64,000 nucleotides of DNA. It comes from Dudresnaya verticillata. Its lineage: Eukaryota. The notes under the pieces were generated by a model. It saw only the letters and a program-made list of their open reading frames with translations, did no database searches and was not told where the DNA came from. Location of the stretch: contig OZ374558.1 of the NCBI GenBank assembly GCA_977862235.1, positions 2,852,001 to 2,916,000 on the forward strand, given 5' to 3'. The position numbers and the translations under genes were made by a program. Positions 45,582 to 59,274 of this stretch are shown here, one piece after another; the first letter of the stretch is position 1, and each line of letters opens with the position of its first letter.

Positions 45582-45958
45582 CGCATACCGTCGTCGATCG
45601 CGAACGCAATCCGGCAACACCGCAGGGCTGATTGACTTGGCGTGATTGCGGGTACCCATCCTGGCCTTTTCTATCCTCATGTGCTGTTTGTCCTATTTTT
45701 CGAAGGCGATTGTACAATGCCCAGAAAAGCAGTAGAGCTTTTCGTCCCCTGTTTTCTCAACCGTGCAAGGTTTGCTTGACATATCGGAGGTGTATTGCGC
45801 TGCTCGGGTCGAGATGTTGAGTGCATTCCCTTATTCTTCATGATTGGATTTGCGAGCCGCAGGTTGGTGTGGGAATATTGTGCGCTTTTTTGTACGTCCT
45901 TGTGCAGCAGCCAGACAGCTGCCGTTGAAATCCTTGTACCCAAAGCTAGGAATCGCTC

Positions 45959-47900
45959 TCAAATATCTTCGTTGGCCATCATTCGTGAAACGGTAATGGT
46001 CCCTGAACTGTCGTTATGAAGATGGAGGCGTTGTGCCAGAGCCTCAATAACCCAAATTTGCCGCCTGGGGGCACGCGATGGCCCATCGGCGGGGTTAATT
46101 ATGGACGGGATATGTAGAAGCAGGGCCTCCACGTCATGCGCTAGAAAGACTGTTGCAAATATCGTACAGGGGAGAGCCATGAGGATTGAGGAAGACCTAC
46201 CCTTCCTCAGCGCCCCGATGCTTGCTGTAGAGTCTGAGAACAGTAATAGTCGCTGCTCTGATGCGCCTTTGGGTACTGCCCATTCTAACGCCAGGACAGA
46301 AGCTGCTGCTTCTAGTCCATCAATGTTCTCAACACGGCGCCAGTAGTTGGTGAAGGCCGTCTTCCATTCCAAGCTCCAGATAACCGCATTACGGTATGCC
46401 ACATCTTTCGTGGTCATCTGTTGTCCTCAGGTGCGATACGCCAGGTTTTGTAGTTTTCTAACCGTTTCCGGTGGAGGCGTTGCATAGGTGGTGCCTGTGG
46501 CGTCCTCAGATGCATAAAAAGCGATGTTCATTTCGAACTGTTCTCGATGGACCCTAACTCTAGCGAGCGGCAGGAGATTCATGAGCACCTCCCATTCGCG
46601 CTTCAGCGCTCTCAGAAGTGCTGTATTGGTATTTTGACCATGGGTAACATGGAATGTTTGAAGTAACGTAGAAAGAAGAGGCCGTGCCCCGAGCGATAGC
46701 CAAATGAGTTTCCCAAGGTATTTGCGAAGTATTGCAGCTGGTGATTTGTCCTGCTGCAGAGCTGATCGCGAATCTCGGATAGTCATCTCCACTTTCTTCG
46801 GAGAGGGTCTTAGCTAACCAGTCCTTAAGTTCCAGGCTCAACCCAGGAATGGCATGACATCCTCCACTACATCGTTCAGTGGGATTGGTTTTTCCTTCTT
46901 CCGAAATATGCCGTGTTCAGAGAACGTCATATCGCATTACTTATTCAATGCTGCTATACTGTGCTTCGACCAATCCACAAAACCTGGGTTATCGTTGTCC
47001 AATATGTGGCAAAGTATGATGTCTCCGCGTTGAGGTGCAATAACTCCAGGCGTGCGGCTAAGTGTTAACATTTTGGGAGTGTCATGTAGAAGAGCACCTG
47101 CTAGAGGCCTTAAAAAACTTTTCAGACTTAACTTCATACACTCTCGGGCAAACGTATATGCCACGAAGACCGCCCACTTGAAACCCATCGGCATAGTAGC
47201 CTGCAATGGGCGACTGAGACCATGTGGTTGCATTTTGGTGCGCGCGGAGGAGCAAAACTGTCCCTGAATGTCCCGGGGTAGATCACCGAACTTGACAACC
47301 TCAAAGGGTATTCCCTTTGAAATACCTTCGCTAGTGTAGCCAGTAGTCCTATATGATGAAACATGTTTGAAATATCGAAGTAGAATCCTGACAAGTGTGC
47401 TCCGTCCGGTAAACGAATTTTGCTGAAAATATCTGCAGATGGTAGGCCGGTGTGGGGTGGGTCGGGTAGTAGTTCATTTTGAACTCTGGGCCAGCTAATT
47501 AGGCGGTCGACTGAAGTTTCTTTGGTTACCGCGAAGGATGTCATGGTTATGTAGTCAGCGAGTCTGAAGGCCCCGACTCATCCCGAACGACTGGCCATTT
47601 AACATCCCGGCCATGTGAGCCCGAGGAAGTATCCGGACGTAGTGCCTCGCAACTGCGTGGACTTGGTGTGCTCGAATTTTCTTTCCGGATTTGAGCGCTT
47701 CCCGCAAGGGTATTGTGATAGGTGCATGGTTTGGGTTGATAAAGTGGGAATGCAGCTTATCAGTCAGTGCGTGGTCCATTTCGGCGCTTCTGCGGGTGGA
47801 TTCAGAGAGCGTATAATCCTATCTGCGTTAATCCTTGTAAAAACGCCTTTGACGAACGTGTTTGAGCCGGTAAATTCCGAGGAGCAGCGCTCTCTGATGA
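45959..47900 (-). pseudogene. DIRS/Ngaro-type reverse transcriptase-RNase H, fragmented
   Basis: DRLISWPR, FYFDISNMFH, MPMGFKWAVFVA, HILDN (degenerate YxDD), LGKLIW; RNase H IDGLEAAA, LLFSDSTASIGALRKGRSSS, HIPSIINPADGPSR. Confidence 0.88.
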
Positions 47901-48001
47901 GTGGGTGTTCGTCTCCCGACCTTCACTGAATTTCAAATGTTAGTAACGTTGGATAGGAGGGAGCTTCGCAAAGAACGAGCAGGATCGAAGTGCCTTGAGC
48001 C

Positions 48002-48065
48002 TTTTTAGGGGTTTAGGGGTTTAGTGGTTTTAGGGTTTTAGGGTTTAGGGATTTTTAGGGTTTAG
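48002..48065 (+). repeat. Interstitial telomere-like (T3-5AG3-4)n tract, about 8 imperfect units
   Basis: TTTTTAGGGG TTTAGGGG TTTAGTGG TTTTAGGG TTTTAGGG TTTAGGG ATTTTTAGGG TTTAG. Confidence 0.9.
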
Positions 48066-48151
48066 ACGACTCTGGCTCTACTGGGTACTCTCCCAGTGTA
48101 ACCCTGCCGACGCCCCATCGCGCGCATTTGGCGCTGCACTAACAAATTCGA

Positions 48152-48990
48152 ATGATTGGCCTCCTCTCCAGTGCTTTGCGCAAGCCAGAGTCAGGGAGAG
48201 CATACCAAGCAACTGTTACGGACTTTTTCATATGGCTTTCGTGTCATATCCCAACAAATCTTTCCCTGCAGCAGCTGGACAGCGCCCGTGTCGCTTATAT
48301 AACGTCCCGTTTTGATGAAGACCCCCGCAGAGGCAGCCGACAGTGCGCGGTCAACACGCTTTGTGTTATTGAGTTCTTCGATGCCTCCTTGCGGCTTACT
48401 CTGCAGGTGACACGGTAGGCGTCGGACGGCTGGAACAGACTAGTGCCGAGCAAGTCCCCACCTCCACTTTCTAACCAGATTGTGAACGCGATCTGCGCAC
48501 ATTGTTCGAAGGATGCTTGGTCAGACCTCACTATCGCCTTCGCCCTGACACATCACGGTTACTTTCGTGTCCTGGAGCTGTTATCGCTGCACGTCGGCGA
48601 TATTGCTCTGCCATGTTAGGCTAGCGGACAGTACCGCAGTACCGCATTGCGTTGTTTGCGATGCTTAGACCAGCCGAAATAGATTTATGCCGTTGGAGGA
48701 TGCCCAAAATACTCCACCTCCTTCGCGCGTGGCTCACGTTTCGCGGCGACAAGGCAGACATCATGCTCTTCGACCTGACGTACGTTGCGTTCTGCTCAGC
48801 CTTAAGCCCAGTTTGTCCTTCTTTGGACTTTCCGGTTTTGGTTTCACGCTCCACTCATGAAGGCACGGAGGAGCCCCCGCTGACTGGTTGGCCAACAAGC
48901 CATTTGCTGAGATCAGCAGAAAGGACGATGGGCATCCGACGCTTCCTGCACGCGCTATCTACAAGCCGGAAAAGGACTGCTACTCAAGGT
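48152..48990 (+). pseudogene. Tyrosine recombinase of a DIRS/PAT-like element, with stops and frameshifts
   Basis: RAYQATVTDFF, GWNRLVPSKSPPPL, GYFRVLELL, DA*T, FTLHS*RHGGA, GRWASDASCTRYLQAG; colinear with the YR at 39125-41710. Confidence 0.88.
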
Positions 48991-51534
48991 ACAGCTCTTG
49001 TCGACCTCCTCTCAAGCCATTGCATATTATGCGGAACGCTAGACACGTTCCAGCGTGGGGAGGGTGCGGACGTCGGGCAGCTCGGCCCGCGCTCGGCAAA
49101 CTGCGCGTGCCGCAGCGGTCTAGACCAAATCCCGTTACAGCAGGATAAATACATAGGCCATCTGGGCCTCGGATAAGCCGAACAAGAGTGCTGGGCAGAA
49201 GAACCATTTCTCCTACATCACCTACAGGTAGGCTCAACGTACTTGGCTTCACGGCCGTAGGATAAACAGTTCTCGCAGCATTTTTGAATATCAGTCGGAT
49301 TCCTTGGAAGCACTCTTGAGGTCATCATCTAGCTCATTGACTTCACCCATCACAATATCTTGGCAATCGTCGAGCGAGTTGTCTGGGCTTTTTTCGTTTT
49401 GTACGTAGTGGGAACTGGGATTTCTTCTTTGATTTTCTAGTTATCTGCATCGTGTGCTTAAACGGGTTCCATTCAAGTTCGCCTTCTCCTACGTTGAATT
49501 CTTCGGCTTTTTCTGCGGTGGCTTCTTCTTCATCACTGATGGGATGTGAATGTGGAAAATACGCCCATTTATCCCAACTCTAGTATCTAGTAGACCGCCG
49601 TTTTCCCTCACATGAGGCCAGGGCTGTCCTCATCTGAGGCCACACGTGCTGGAGACGACTGCCGCAATGGTACGCATTTAGCGGTAGACAAATAAATCTG
49701 TAAAATTTTAGAATGCGTATTGGGACCCGCCACTCGGGCCAAATCGCTCACGCCTTCAGCTCTAACTGTAAGAAATGCAGTCACAACGATGGAAGGCTTC
49801 GACAAGTTACAACGTCAAGGTATGAATAGAAGTAGTTTCGCAATTAGTAGTCGGACAATCAGTAGCTCGTGTTCTCCACTTGCGTTTGTCAGTTCAAATC
49901 CTCGCTGAGTTCAAAAGAACTCCAAAATTCCGTAGGGAGCTCGAACTTCTCTTAGTGCTCTTTACCACAGGATGCCGCAAGGTGCTCATTCAAACACTGG
50001 AAAGAATACGGTAAGATCCAGTAAAGTGGTAATCCGTCTGGTAAAGTAGCCTTATAGCAAGTCATTGAACGCGTATCTGAGATCGTAGGGGGCTATAGGA
50101 TTTTTTGCTTTCGTACCATCCAAGCCCGTAAATGCCTGTTGATAACTTCTTTTATGGTTGCAAAACGCAATAGAACTAACGTTTAAACTAAGCAGAATAG
50201 AATGGCGGACCTATTTGAGGGAAAGGTCGTTAAGTTCCCTGAAGAGTTTCGGAACATAATCCCTCTTTATATCAGCATGACAGATGTACACTTCCCTTTT
50301 GAAAGTCTTCAGACATCCGGTACAAACATAATTGGACTTCTTTGTTCCTTACAGACATTATGACGAGACAAGAAATCCATTGTTTTCATATCACGGGTAC
50401 CGCGACCAAATGTGATCACGTTGTCCAACGGATCAATGACGCACCACGGAATGGAATCGAAAGAGCCGTTGAGCGGATGCAGTACCTCTTCCTTCTCCCA
50501 GGCCCGTCCATGCGAAAAATATCCGGGCCGGGACCCGTAACGTCTCGCGACTGAACCAGGCTCCTACTGGTGCCCATCGGTGGCGTCGTGACTGTGCTCG
50601 AATTCGGCGATGGTATGGTATCGGGCACTTCTGCGCCGGGTAGCCGTAAACTGGTCGTCCTTCCAGAATGAACACGGTTTGTGTTTCTTCGGGTACCTTC
50701 CCTGGCTTCACCGAGCCGATAGGAAGCAATACAACCTTCTCGTTGTCCGACAAGAACCACTTTGCTCTGACAGATCACCTCTTGCGGCCGTTGACAACAG
50801 CAGTTGACAGCTTCAACACCGTACCGGACACTACTTTGGTCTTGCATGCAGACCGATACATGCGGCGACACTTGCAATTGCATTGGAGGAGCATGGCACC
50901 GGTGTTGAAAAGTTTCCCGCGACGGTTCGCGCGTCTGTTCTTGTCGCCATTTTCAACGAGATACCGGAAGTTGGTTGATGGTTTCGTCAGAACTGGTGTT
51001 GACAAGGGGGATTCCGCCTTTTGTTGGGGTCTTTCAAGCATCGGCCTTCGGAAATGAAGGCGGGGCGGGAAAGAACATTTCAAAATTCTTCATGTACTGT
51101 AATGCGGCTCTTTTAAAACTGGCCTCATATTAGGCAATTTGACCTCATGTCAGGGTCCTTGTTGAATATACACTAAGAGCAACGGCGACTCCGCGGATGT
51201 CCGAAAGCCCTCGTAAGAAGCCTTGATTGGCTTGAAACGATATCCTTGATGTGAGCATACGAGGATGAAATCCGGTTTCGGTTCTTGAGGGTAACCGTTT
51301 TTATGACCCATCCCTACCCGTTGCGGTACGTTTGCAGTAGTACAAAGTCACTTTCCTGTTATGGTATGTGTGCAGTAGTACAGATCCAGATTTGTCTGTT
51401 ACGGGGCGGTTACAGCAATACACAACTTCCTGTTTCTTGAAGTCATCTAATGATGGAGACTTCGGCATGTCGCTGGTGTGGATCTTACTTGGCTCGTCGC
51501 TCAAATCGCTCTTCGTGTGCATTGATGAGTGCAT

Positions 51535-52160
51535 TGCGGTGCAACGGCCCGAAAGTGGGGGTTTCCCGAACCGTGTTCGAAGCGGTTGTCCGCGTGGAAG
51601 TAAAAGGCACCACGCGGCGAGGAGGGTGCCAGTGGGGTGGTAGGGCGAACCAGGCACGGGGTGTTCCCTGGATTGTAGACAGCGGTTTCGGGTCGACTGT
51701 AAAGCCCCGAGAACGCTGAGAGTAACGTAGTGCTCGTATGTCAATGACAATGACGGATAAGAGTGGAACGAAGGGAAGGAAAAAGGAGGAACGGGATACA
51801 TAGCCTGGTTCACTCGCGGTGGTGTCACCGTGTGCGAAATCGGGGTTGTTCCCAAGCTCTTACCAGTTATTGACACTTTTCTGTGAGAGAGGATTGCCTG
51901 GGAGCCCAAGTACCTCTAGGGGTGCGCGTGCGTTTCAGAAGCCATGCGCCTGCCACTTGTCACGCGAGCGCCTCGAGAGCTCACGAGATATCGCGCTAAA
52001 ATATCTAAGCAGAATTAGTACGCTCGCACTGTAAATCAGTGTAATATCAGGACGCGCCTTGCTGGCGCGCTCCTTCGCGAGGATTCTCTGGAACGTTTGT
52101 TGGCGCGAGAGTGCCCGTTGCACACGTGGGTGCATGCGACCACGTGTGGGGCGGTGGCAC
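51535..52160 (-). repeat. Degenerate LTR-like sequence; boundaries approximate
   Basis: TGCGGTGCAAC terminus-like motif; minus-strand pyrimidine tract and TTTACAGTC; TGTAA and CACGTG motifs as in the other LTRs; no TSD found. Confidence 0.45.
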
Positions 52161-52359
52161 GTGTCGTGGTATCTCCCAATCTACTCCGAAGCAACCGGTT
52201 CTCATGATTTCAATAGGTTTCAAACTAATCTTCTCGTTGTCTCATCTAGGACCTTGCCATTCAAGTGATACAACTCGTCCCAAGTCGCTCTCTCAGCATT
52301 ACAGCGCAACACCAATGAGGACATAAGCAACCTTCACAAGTAAGCGATTTATGCTCTGC

Positions 52360-52550
52360 TTTTATATCTGTGAAGAGCCAAAATGGGGAGTAGCAAGCAG
52401 TGACAGGTCTGACGCAGCCTGTATTACTCTGGCTGAGCCTACCCGTTCGACATTCTGCTATTCAGCACCTGTAATTACCACCTCCTTGAGCAAGCGTCAG
52501 CCGCACCAGACGGTTGTTGCCGGCCACAAGCGCATGGCGTACCCGGCAGC
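52360..52550 (+). repeat. Dispersed repeat, inverted homolog of ~35410-35600
   Basis: See 35410-35600. Confidence 0.7.
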
Positions 52551-53208
52551 CGAGCCAGGAAGGGGATACCTATTTGTTGCGCCGCTGCGGTAGACAGTAG
52601 CCGGAAGAGGCATATCTATTTCTCCGCTTCGTTGGAATTTCCCTCCAACCACGGGCTGTGATATCTTCGGAACAGTACGATTGGAGTACTGAGGGGAAAG
52701 ATACATCCAGGGCAATCGCAACTTCGACACGATGCGGTAGACCGCCGAGCCCTAGAAGCGGGATTATGGAGTTGTGGTTGCAGAGCTCAATTTCTCTAAG
52801 TGGTTTGGGAAAGGAACGTGTATTAGCAAGGGCCTCATTTGCCCGTAACGCTTATGGAATATTTTAAGCCCCGCCGAAGACGCTTTTCTTTCGGATTCGA
52901 GGGACTTGAATCCGACGGACTCTTATTGACCCGATAGGATACCCTCTGTTTGGCGGGCAGGCATAAAGAATACGGTGCTGACCACGTCGGAAGCCGAGAA
53001 ACGAGCGGTGGCCAGGGTGCTGCAAATATTCCGGCTAAATTATCCAGCTGTCATTTATTAGTGTTTTTGAACAAACGTGAGGCATTCTGACTTCTCCTTG
53101 TCGTCGGATACGCTCACTGTTAGTGTGTGAGTGGGAGAAGGGAATTCCGTACTCTATGCGGTGCAAGCTCGCGTCGGCCCGAGCGCGATCAGCCGATACG
53201 GGTGCTAT

Positions 53209-54481
53209 TGTGGTGCAAACCTACTGACAAACGACAGAGGGTGCACCTCGGGCTGTCCGTAACCCGTAGGTAGCGAGGATCGAAATGTTAGAGCGTGAGG
53301 AGAGGCCCCTGGATGCGACTTTAAAAACCCAGAAACAAAGGAATGTGAGTACCTAGAAATGGAAAACAGGATTATGTAGATGAAGGAGGGCTACGAACGC
53401 ACCGGCATCCGGCTTGAGGACGAAGTCGTCAAGGTCGGAGCGTGCGTTCCGCAAGGTCCAATTTTGGTTCATTCACTGGACAGGGGTGCGCCTCGCTCTG
53501 CTATACAGTATGAGGTCAGATGGGCCCCAGATTTGCTAGAGGAACAAGGCGTGGCACTTGGAAAACGGTGGGAAGCTGGAAAAATAATGACAGAATTACT
53601 AAAAATAGTAGGGTGCTGACAGATGTTGACAGGACGCGCGCGCGCGGCACGCCACATTGGTCCGGCGCGTCAGCAATGCGTGCGTCTTACAGTCCGGCTG
53701 TCCCCTTACAGGGAATTCATCCGTATTCCTTGCTGGTATGCGACGTGGTGCCGAGTCGGGCGCAGATCCGAATAGGCTCTGGACCCCACACGCACTACGG
53801 GTTGATCCGCGCGAAACAGCAGTGAGCCCCGTCCTCGGTAGTCGCGAGTTCGCATAAAAATGGCCATGCTGAAGACTACTTCAGGTCCCACGAATGGTGA
53901 TTTGTACCACAGGTGCAGGTACGACACGTGCGTATCCGGCGCCGTGTAATGCTCGGCGCTGTGGAATGTGAATATTCTTATAATCAGAACTTGTCCACTT
54001 GGCGGGCGTCGGCATAATTAGATCACGCGTTTGGCGGCTGCAGTGCGTTCCCGCTTGCCAGGCCCACGCTCCTACGCCACGTTTCCTCAGTTCCCTTGCA
54101 CGCGTATCATCACCGCCAAGACAGAGTACGCGTCCGTCGGCGACGACACTTAGGTAATCCGTCGACGACGATTGAGTAAACCCCCGGCAAGCCGGGCTTG
54201 GATCTGAAGGCCCCCTTTCCGCTAGTGCATACTCACCCACCGCTACCGCTAGGCAACGCGTCAGTCTGCGGCACTTCCGCGGCAACCCCCGTCCAAGAAG
54301 TGCTTTGTTTTCTTTGGGTTGCTTCTTTTCCCTTTCCGTTTCTACGCATCATACAGCCCAGAGCGCTTAAAGGCCGCCCGTTGGCGTGGTGTTTAGCTCT
54401 GCCAGCACCGTCTGTTGACGTCGCTACCGGGCGGGCTGTAAATAACCGGGCGAGTTATTCGTCGCTGACGTTTGAACCACA
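53209..54481 (+). mobile_element. Family A LTR (left boundary uncertain, possibly nested)
   Basis: CTTAGGTAATCCGTC...AGTAAACCCCCGGCAAGCCGG at 54149-54195; CGTC-N3-GACG sites; ends TTTGAACCACA; TGTGGTGCAAA at 53209; no clean TSD. Confidence 0.65.
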
Positions 54482-56148
54482 ATATAGACAGCTGGTGCCC
54501 TACCATCTCCGATAGCGATGGCAAAGGTTTGCCAGAAGTAGCTATGTATAGTCGACTGCTCAGCTGAGAGAACATCCCCACACCCGACTGCTCTTTGTGA
54601 TGCCCTGCTCTAAGACTTCCAAAACGCGGTGCAATCAACAACATAGTCCTCCGCGATACCCTTAGACACGAGCAAAGCATCATGCTTCTCCCTTGTAGGA
54701 GTGCGGGCCACAAGGAGGATAAGACGGCTGAGTATTCATTTCATTAGTCTCAACAATTTCTGTGAAGAGCTCCTCTGACTCTGACCGCAGAGCTGAAATA
54801 CGCTCCTCTTTAGAAGTCCCTTGCGTCAGTATGTATTCTTATGCTAGATTGAGTAGCTCGCTTACTGATATCCTGAAGTGTGGCGAGACTAACTGCACAA
54901 ATTGAACCTGCACTCCGTTTCTGAAGTGAGCATAAGTTGCTTCTACATCTACCGGAGTACCGCCCTCACCATTGGTGGAGAGAAACCTTGTAAGGTGCTA
55001 ACAATGCCGAATGTTTTCGGCAGAAAGGTCATTCCAACTGTTTTATAACGTGGGATCCACGTCCGACGAATCCAGTCCGTATCATATCTCTGTGGTTTTA
55101 CAAAAGCAGCCAATCCGAAGGAACCCCCGCGATTGCGGGTGCCACGATGGCAATCGCATTACAGTGGGTACTACACCCGAAATCGGTGACACACCCTTTC
55201 CCGTTACTTCTCGCGCGGACGGTTTCGAGGCCCACAACGGACGTTCGTCCCCGTGTGCGTTGCTGGCGTGATGTCTAACCCGCACGACACGTGCGGCGAC
55301 CATTCGTAGATTCGAGGCCGTTGCATATTAGCTGGGTACGAGCCGTGTCCCGAGTTGACTCGCATTTGTACCCGTGTGCATAGAACTTAGATAGTCTAAC
55401 TCGTCCTCCGAGCTTTTCCGGGAAACAACCAGCATCTGTACCCCGGCGTCTTTTGATAATCTCTTTTCCTTCGTGTTTCGGTGTCTTCGAGTACGTGTTC
55501 ACGGATGAGGTTGCGTCTCGCCTTTGATATCCCCGCGCAGCCAGAATATCCCCGGGGATCGCTAGCTCGTAGTTCTCCCTCCCGCACATGAACACATTGA
55601 TGCCGTGGTTCTTGGCGTCGGTCGCTCAGCTCTACCATTCTACCGCCCTATTCGTCTTTTTCTGAGGCCCGGTCGCAACAGAGCTCTTTTTGCGTCACAC
55701 CGCCCCCCTCACGTTAAAGTAACATCCATCGGAGCCGTGTTCGCCTCCGAGGAGTTAAAGTGCGGTGGCGCGACGGCCGCCGCACGGGACACGCGTCGTG
55801 CCCAGATGTCCTCCTCGGCACGCTTCGTGACACGCGATGGACATGTAACAGGACACTTGTCAGATATCGGTGTGGGCGTAGCGCTGATCTGGGATCCAGA
55901 TCCAACACGCATAATACAAATTTTTGCTTCCGAGGAACTTGCGGCTGCCGTAGAAGTGGAAGGGAAAGCAGAAGGCGAACGCCACTGCATCCCACATCGC
56001 GCACACCGAACCGAAGATAAAACCACGTCTCCCGCCAGTACCACAAGCGCCTTCTCCACAAGCTCGAGTTACTCCGTCTCCTATTGCAGGTACAATCCGA
56101 CGAACGACAACTTTTAACCTTCCTTCGTGTTCAGTTTTTCTATCCTCA

Positions 56149-57610
56149 ATGACAACTGGTGCTGAAGAAACACCATCCGTGCAGAAACATTCAACTCCGC
56201 CTGAATCCCCGCTACCGCGCAGATCACCACGGATCTGCCGCAAGCGATCGCACGAAGAAGCTAATGCAAGCCCGCCATCAATCCAGGAAGCGACGGACAG
56301 CGCCAATGTCTCAATTGATAATGGCCCTCAAGTGCTCGATATCCAGCATGGCTCTATCCCAGGAGAAAAAGACCCCACCCTAACGCATGTTTTCACTGCC
56401 TCTCTGACTGCAATAAGACAGATCTCAAGTCAATTGCGAGGATTTGGAAGCGCGAGATCAGTGGTACAAAGCAGATACTTGTTTACCGCCTCTATCGCTA
56501 CGTCTATTATCAAGCACGCGAGCTACATCGTGACATTGCGACTGTTGTGCTTTCGAATAAGTACTTTCCGGACATTAACGAACGAATTCAGCTTTGGACA
56601 CGGCTGGATGCTGAGCTCACACTGCCGCCATCCGTTTCCGAAATTGACTTTACATTGGAGAAAGTTGGCGACCCTGCTGAGAGCTCTTTTCAGCCTTCTA
56701 TGTCACCCATTCCTTCTTCTACGCCTTACAGTTGTACTATTTTTACAACTACCGGTCCACCGCAAGGACCTGATCAAGGTAAGGAAATTGGGCTTATTAC
56801 AGACCCTGCGAGTACACCTGGTTTTTCTATTTCGGAATTTGCGCGCTTGATTGTTATCCTCGCTTTGGATCCTATCGCCAGAAGAGCATTGTTCCAACTA
56901 TCGCAAGAGCTCAACCGCATACAACTAGATGCAGGCATTTACCGAGATGACTTTTGGGCAACTATTGCAGGGCGTTTTAATGACGCCACTTTACAACCCC
57001 GTTTTTCTTTCTGTGGTTCCGTTGATAAAGCAAATCCATCTCTTCCGCCTCTTGCTACTCGCAGTGCCGGGACATTGAAGTCCAATTTTCATCAAGCGCG
57101 TTCTAAGTTCACGATCTTCGAGGAAAGGTGGGCAGTTTCAGGGAACGACCCGGCTACATCCCCTAACTTATTTTATCTTCTACCGGACAAAGAATGTCCG
57201 TTATGTCTAAGAGGGTCTGGATTCTATTCATCGTTGCGCGTGTAGGTACGGCACATGAAGACGGCGAGTTTTTAAGGAGCTCATCTAAGGTGATGGCTCC
57301 TGGCGTGGCCTATGAGGAAGGGATCGAAATTGGGGCGATGGACGAGACTCTTCACAGGCGGCAAAGCAAATCAAAGGACGCACCTGGAACTTCTACGGGG
57401 TATTTGTACGGAGAGATGCAGAACGTTGTGAGCGCTTTAAGAGAAGTTGCTAACAACGAGGCAATGAGCATGCGGGTGTCGGGCCTCTTTTCTGATATCC
57501 AGGAAGAGGAGGACCTTGAGAAGCTCCTTGACATGTTGGTCAAGGCACAAGATCGGCTTGAGAAGATGAAGGAGAAAACCTCTTCTGCGCTGCAGAGTCA
57601 ACTTGTGTAA
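56149..57610 (+). pseudogene. Harbinger-associated Myb/SANT-like DNA-binding ORF, frameshifted
   Basis: EFARLIVIL...LNRIQLDAG...DFWATIAGRFND...LKSNFHQARSKF...RWAVSGND; convergent with the transposase inside the TIRs; three overlapping frames. Confidence 0.65.
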
Positions 57611-58299
57611 CTCGCGGACGACCGATACCAGCGAGTGCTTCACAAGTACATGAAGCGGTCAGCTACAACTAACGGATATGTCCCTGCCACTTTACATGCG
57701 CAAAAGTAACTACTGCGGTATCGCGACTGATTGCATTTGTTTTACGTGTTCGTTTGTATGCGTTCGTCTTTACCTGTTTGTCGCGACACGCGCGCGACAA
57801 AACAGCCTTTTCAAGAAGTTCGTTCTGTAGAAGTTAGAAATTGTGCGCGGCGTCCCTGTCGGGTTGAAGCCGGGTGGTGGTGGGAATAGCTCGCGCGTTG
57901 GTGTGCGTATTGACATTCCAATTAGGCGCGAGCTCGCACAATAAATGACATTCTGTTATGAAAGCTCTTGCACGCGATCAAGAACTGTCGCGATCGCGGT
58001 GCTCTGCCGAACTTTGAACAATTGGTAAGACTTAAGTCATGGATTTGTTTACAACTCTCCGTGAGGTACGGGAAAATATAGGATCATCATGTGCAAGGCG
58101 CTCTTCACCAAAAGCATCGCCTCCTCTCACGGCGCTTTGGGCCCACGAGTGGGATGGCGAGAGCGCGCGGGGCGGCGCGGAAGAATTTTTGCCGCCTCAT
58201 CGGCTTACTTGCCTGTTAGAGCATTTGCGTGGACACCGACGCGATCGAATAATGCAGTAGCTTCGTTTTGGAGGTCTACTGCCACGTAGCATTGTGCAA

Positions 58300-59110
58300 G
58301 ATGGAAACAACGATACGCCTGGAAGAGCTTTCTCGCGATTCGGCTTCATTTGAAGTGGCAGCATCCTGATCAACACCTCGTAGAGCAATTGCTAAAGTAT
58401 ATCGGGCATGTTGGTGATGAGGTTGTCATACAGGCGAACAAAGTCATCTGGTTAAGAGGCACGCTTGTTGCGGAACGACTCCACCAAAAGCAAATTCCGG
58501 GGCACAGTGTGTTGCAGGCGGTTAAACGTCAGCTATGCAACTAAATACTCGAGTTCCCGAATGCGGTCGTCGGCCGCAGATCCAGACGCGCGAAAGTCTG
58601 CTAGCTCATCAGACAAAGCCTTTACGGCGTCGCTGTAAACCATAAAGAGCTTGTGTGTAATAAGCGTCCACTGCAGCCGTCTGCGCAACGAACGCATTGC
58701 TCTCCTCCGATGCCATGAGCACTGCCTCACGCACACACTCAGCTCGCAGCTCCACGACGATACCACTCCATGTCATCTCTCCAAATGACACAGTAGCCCT
58801 CTTCCCGGCCTCCACAAGAGCGGCCTCGATCTTCTCTGCAAGGGAGTTATCCGGATCACGTGCTCCGCCGTTACCGGAACCTGCTTCACTGCGGAAATAT
58901 TCTAACAAAGCGTCATCCTCTCCACCCTCCGACCTGGCCAGATTATAGCGGCAAAAACTCATTCCCTGTGCAATCTCCTCCAAGCGTCTCTCATAGAGTC
59001 CCGCGGCGACGGTACCCGCACGCACTCATCGGTCATTCCCAAAATGCTTGGCGCCGCACTCTCTGCTAGGCGTTCATAGAGAGACGCGGCTATCCGCGGA
59101 TGGCACGCAA
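58300..59110 (-). pseudogene. SRP68: SRP68 gene fragment
   Basis: LYERRLEEIAQGMSFCRYNL, LAEKIEAALVEA...FGEMTWSG, KLFMVYSDA, LTFNRLQHTVPRNLLLV, PDDFVRLYDNLITN in SRP68 order; stops and frameshifts. Confidence 0.8.
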
Positions 59111-59274
59111 GTATGACTAAAATCTCTCTCCTCGCAGCCTTTTTCTCTTCTGTAGCGGCTTCCACATTATATCAAGACCATCAGATTCCTTATTCAGTTG
59201 ACCGAGCTCCCTCCGGCATCCTTTTTGCCAAATGTGTTGCGAGCGCTGCCCGAGAGGGCACGAGACTGGTTATT

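Noticed and set aside
49100..51500. Fragmentary minus-strand ORFs with scattered Cys pairs
   Set aside because: Probably decayed coding sequence, but too degenerate to name
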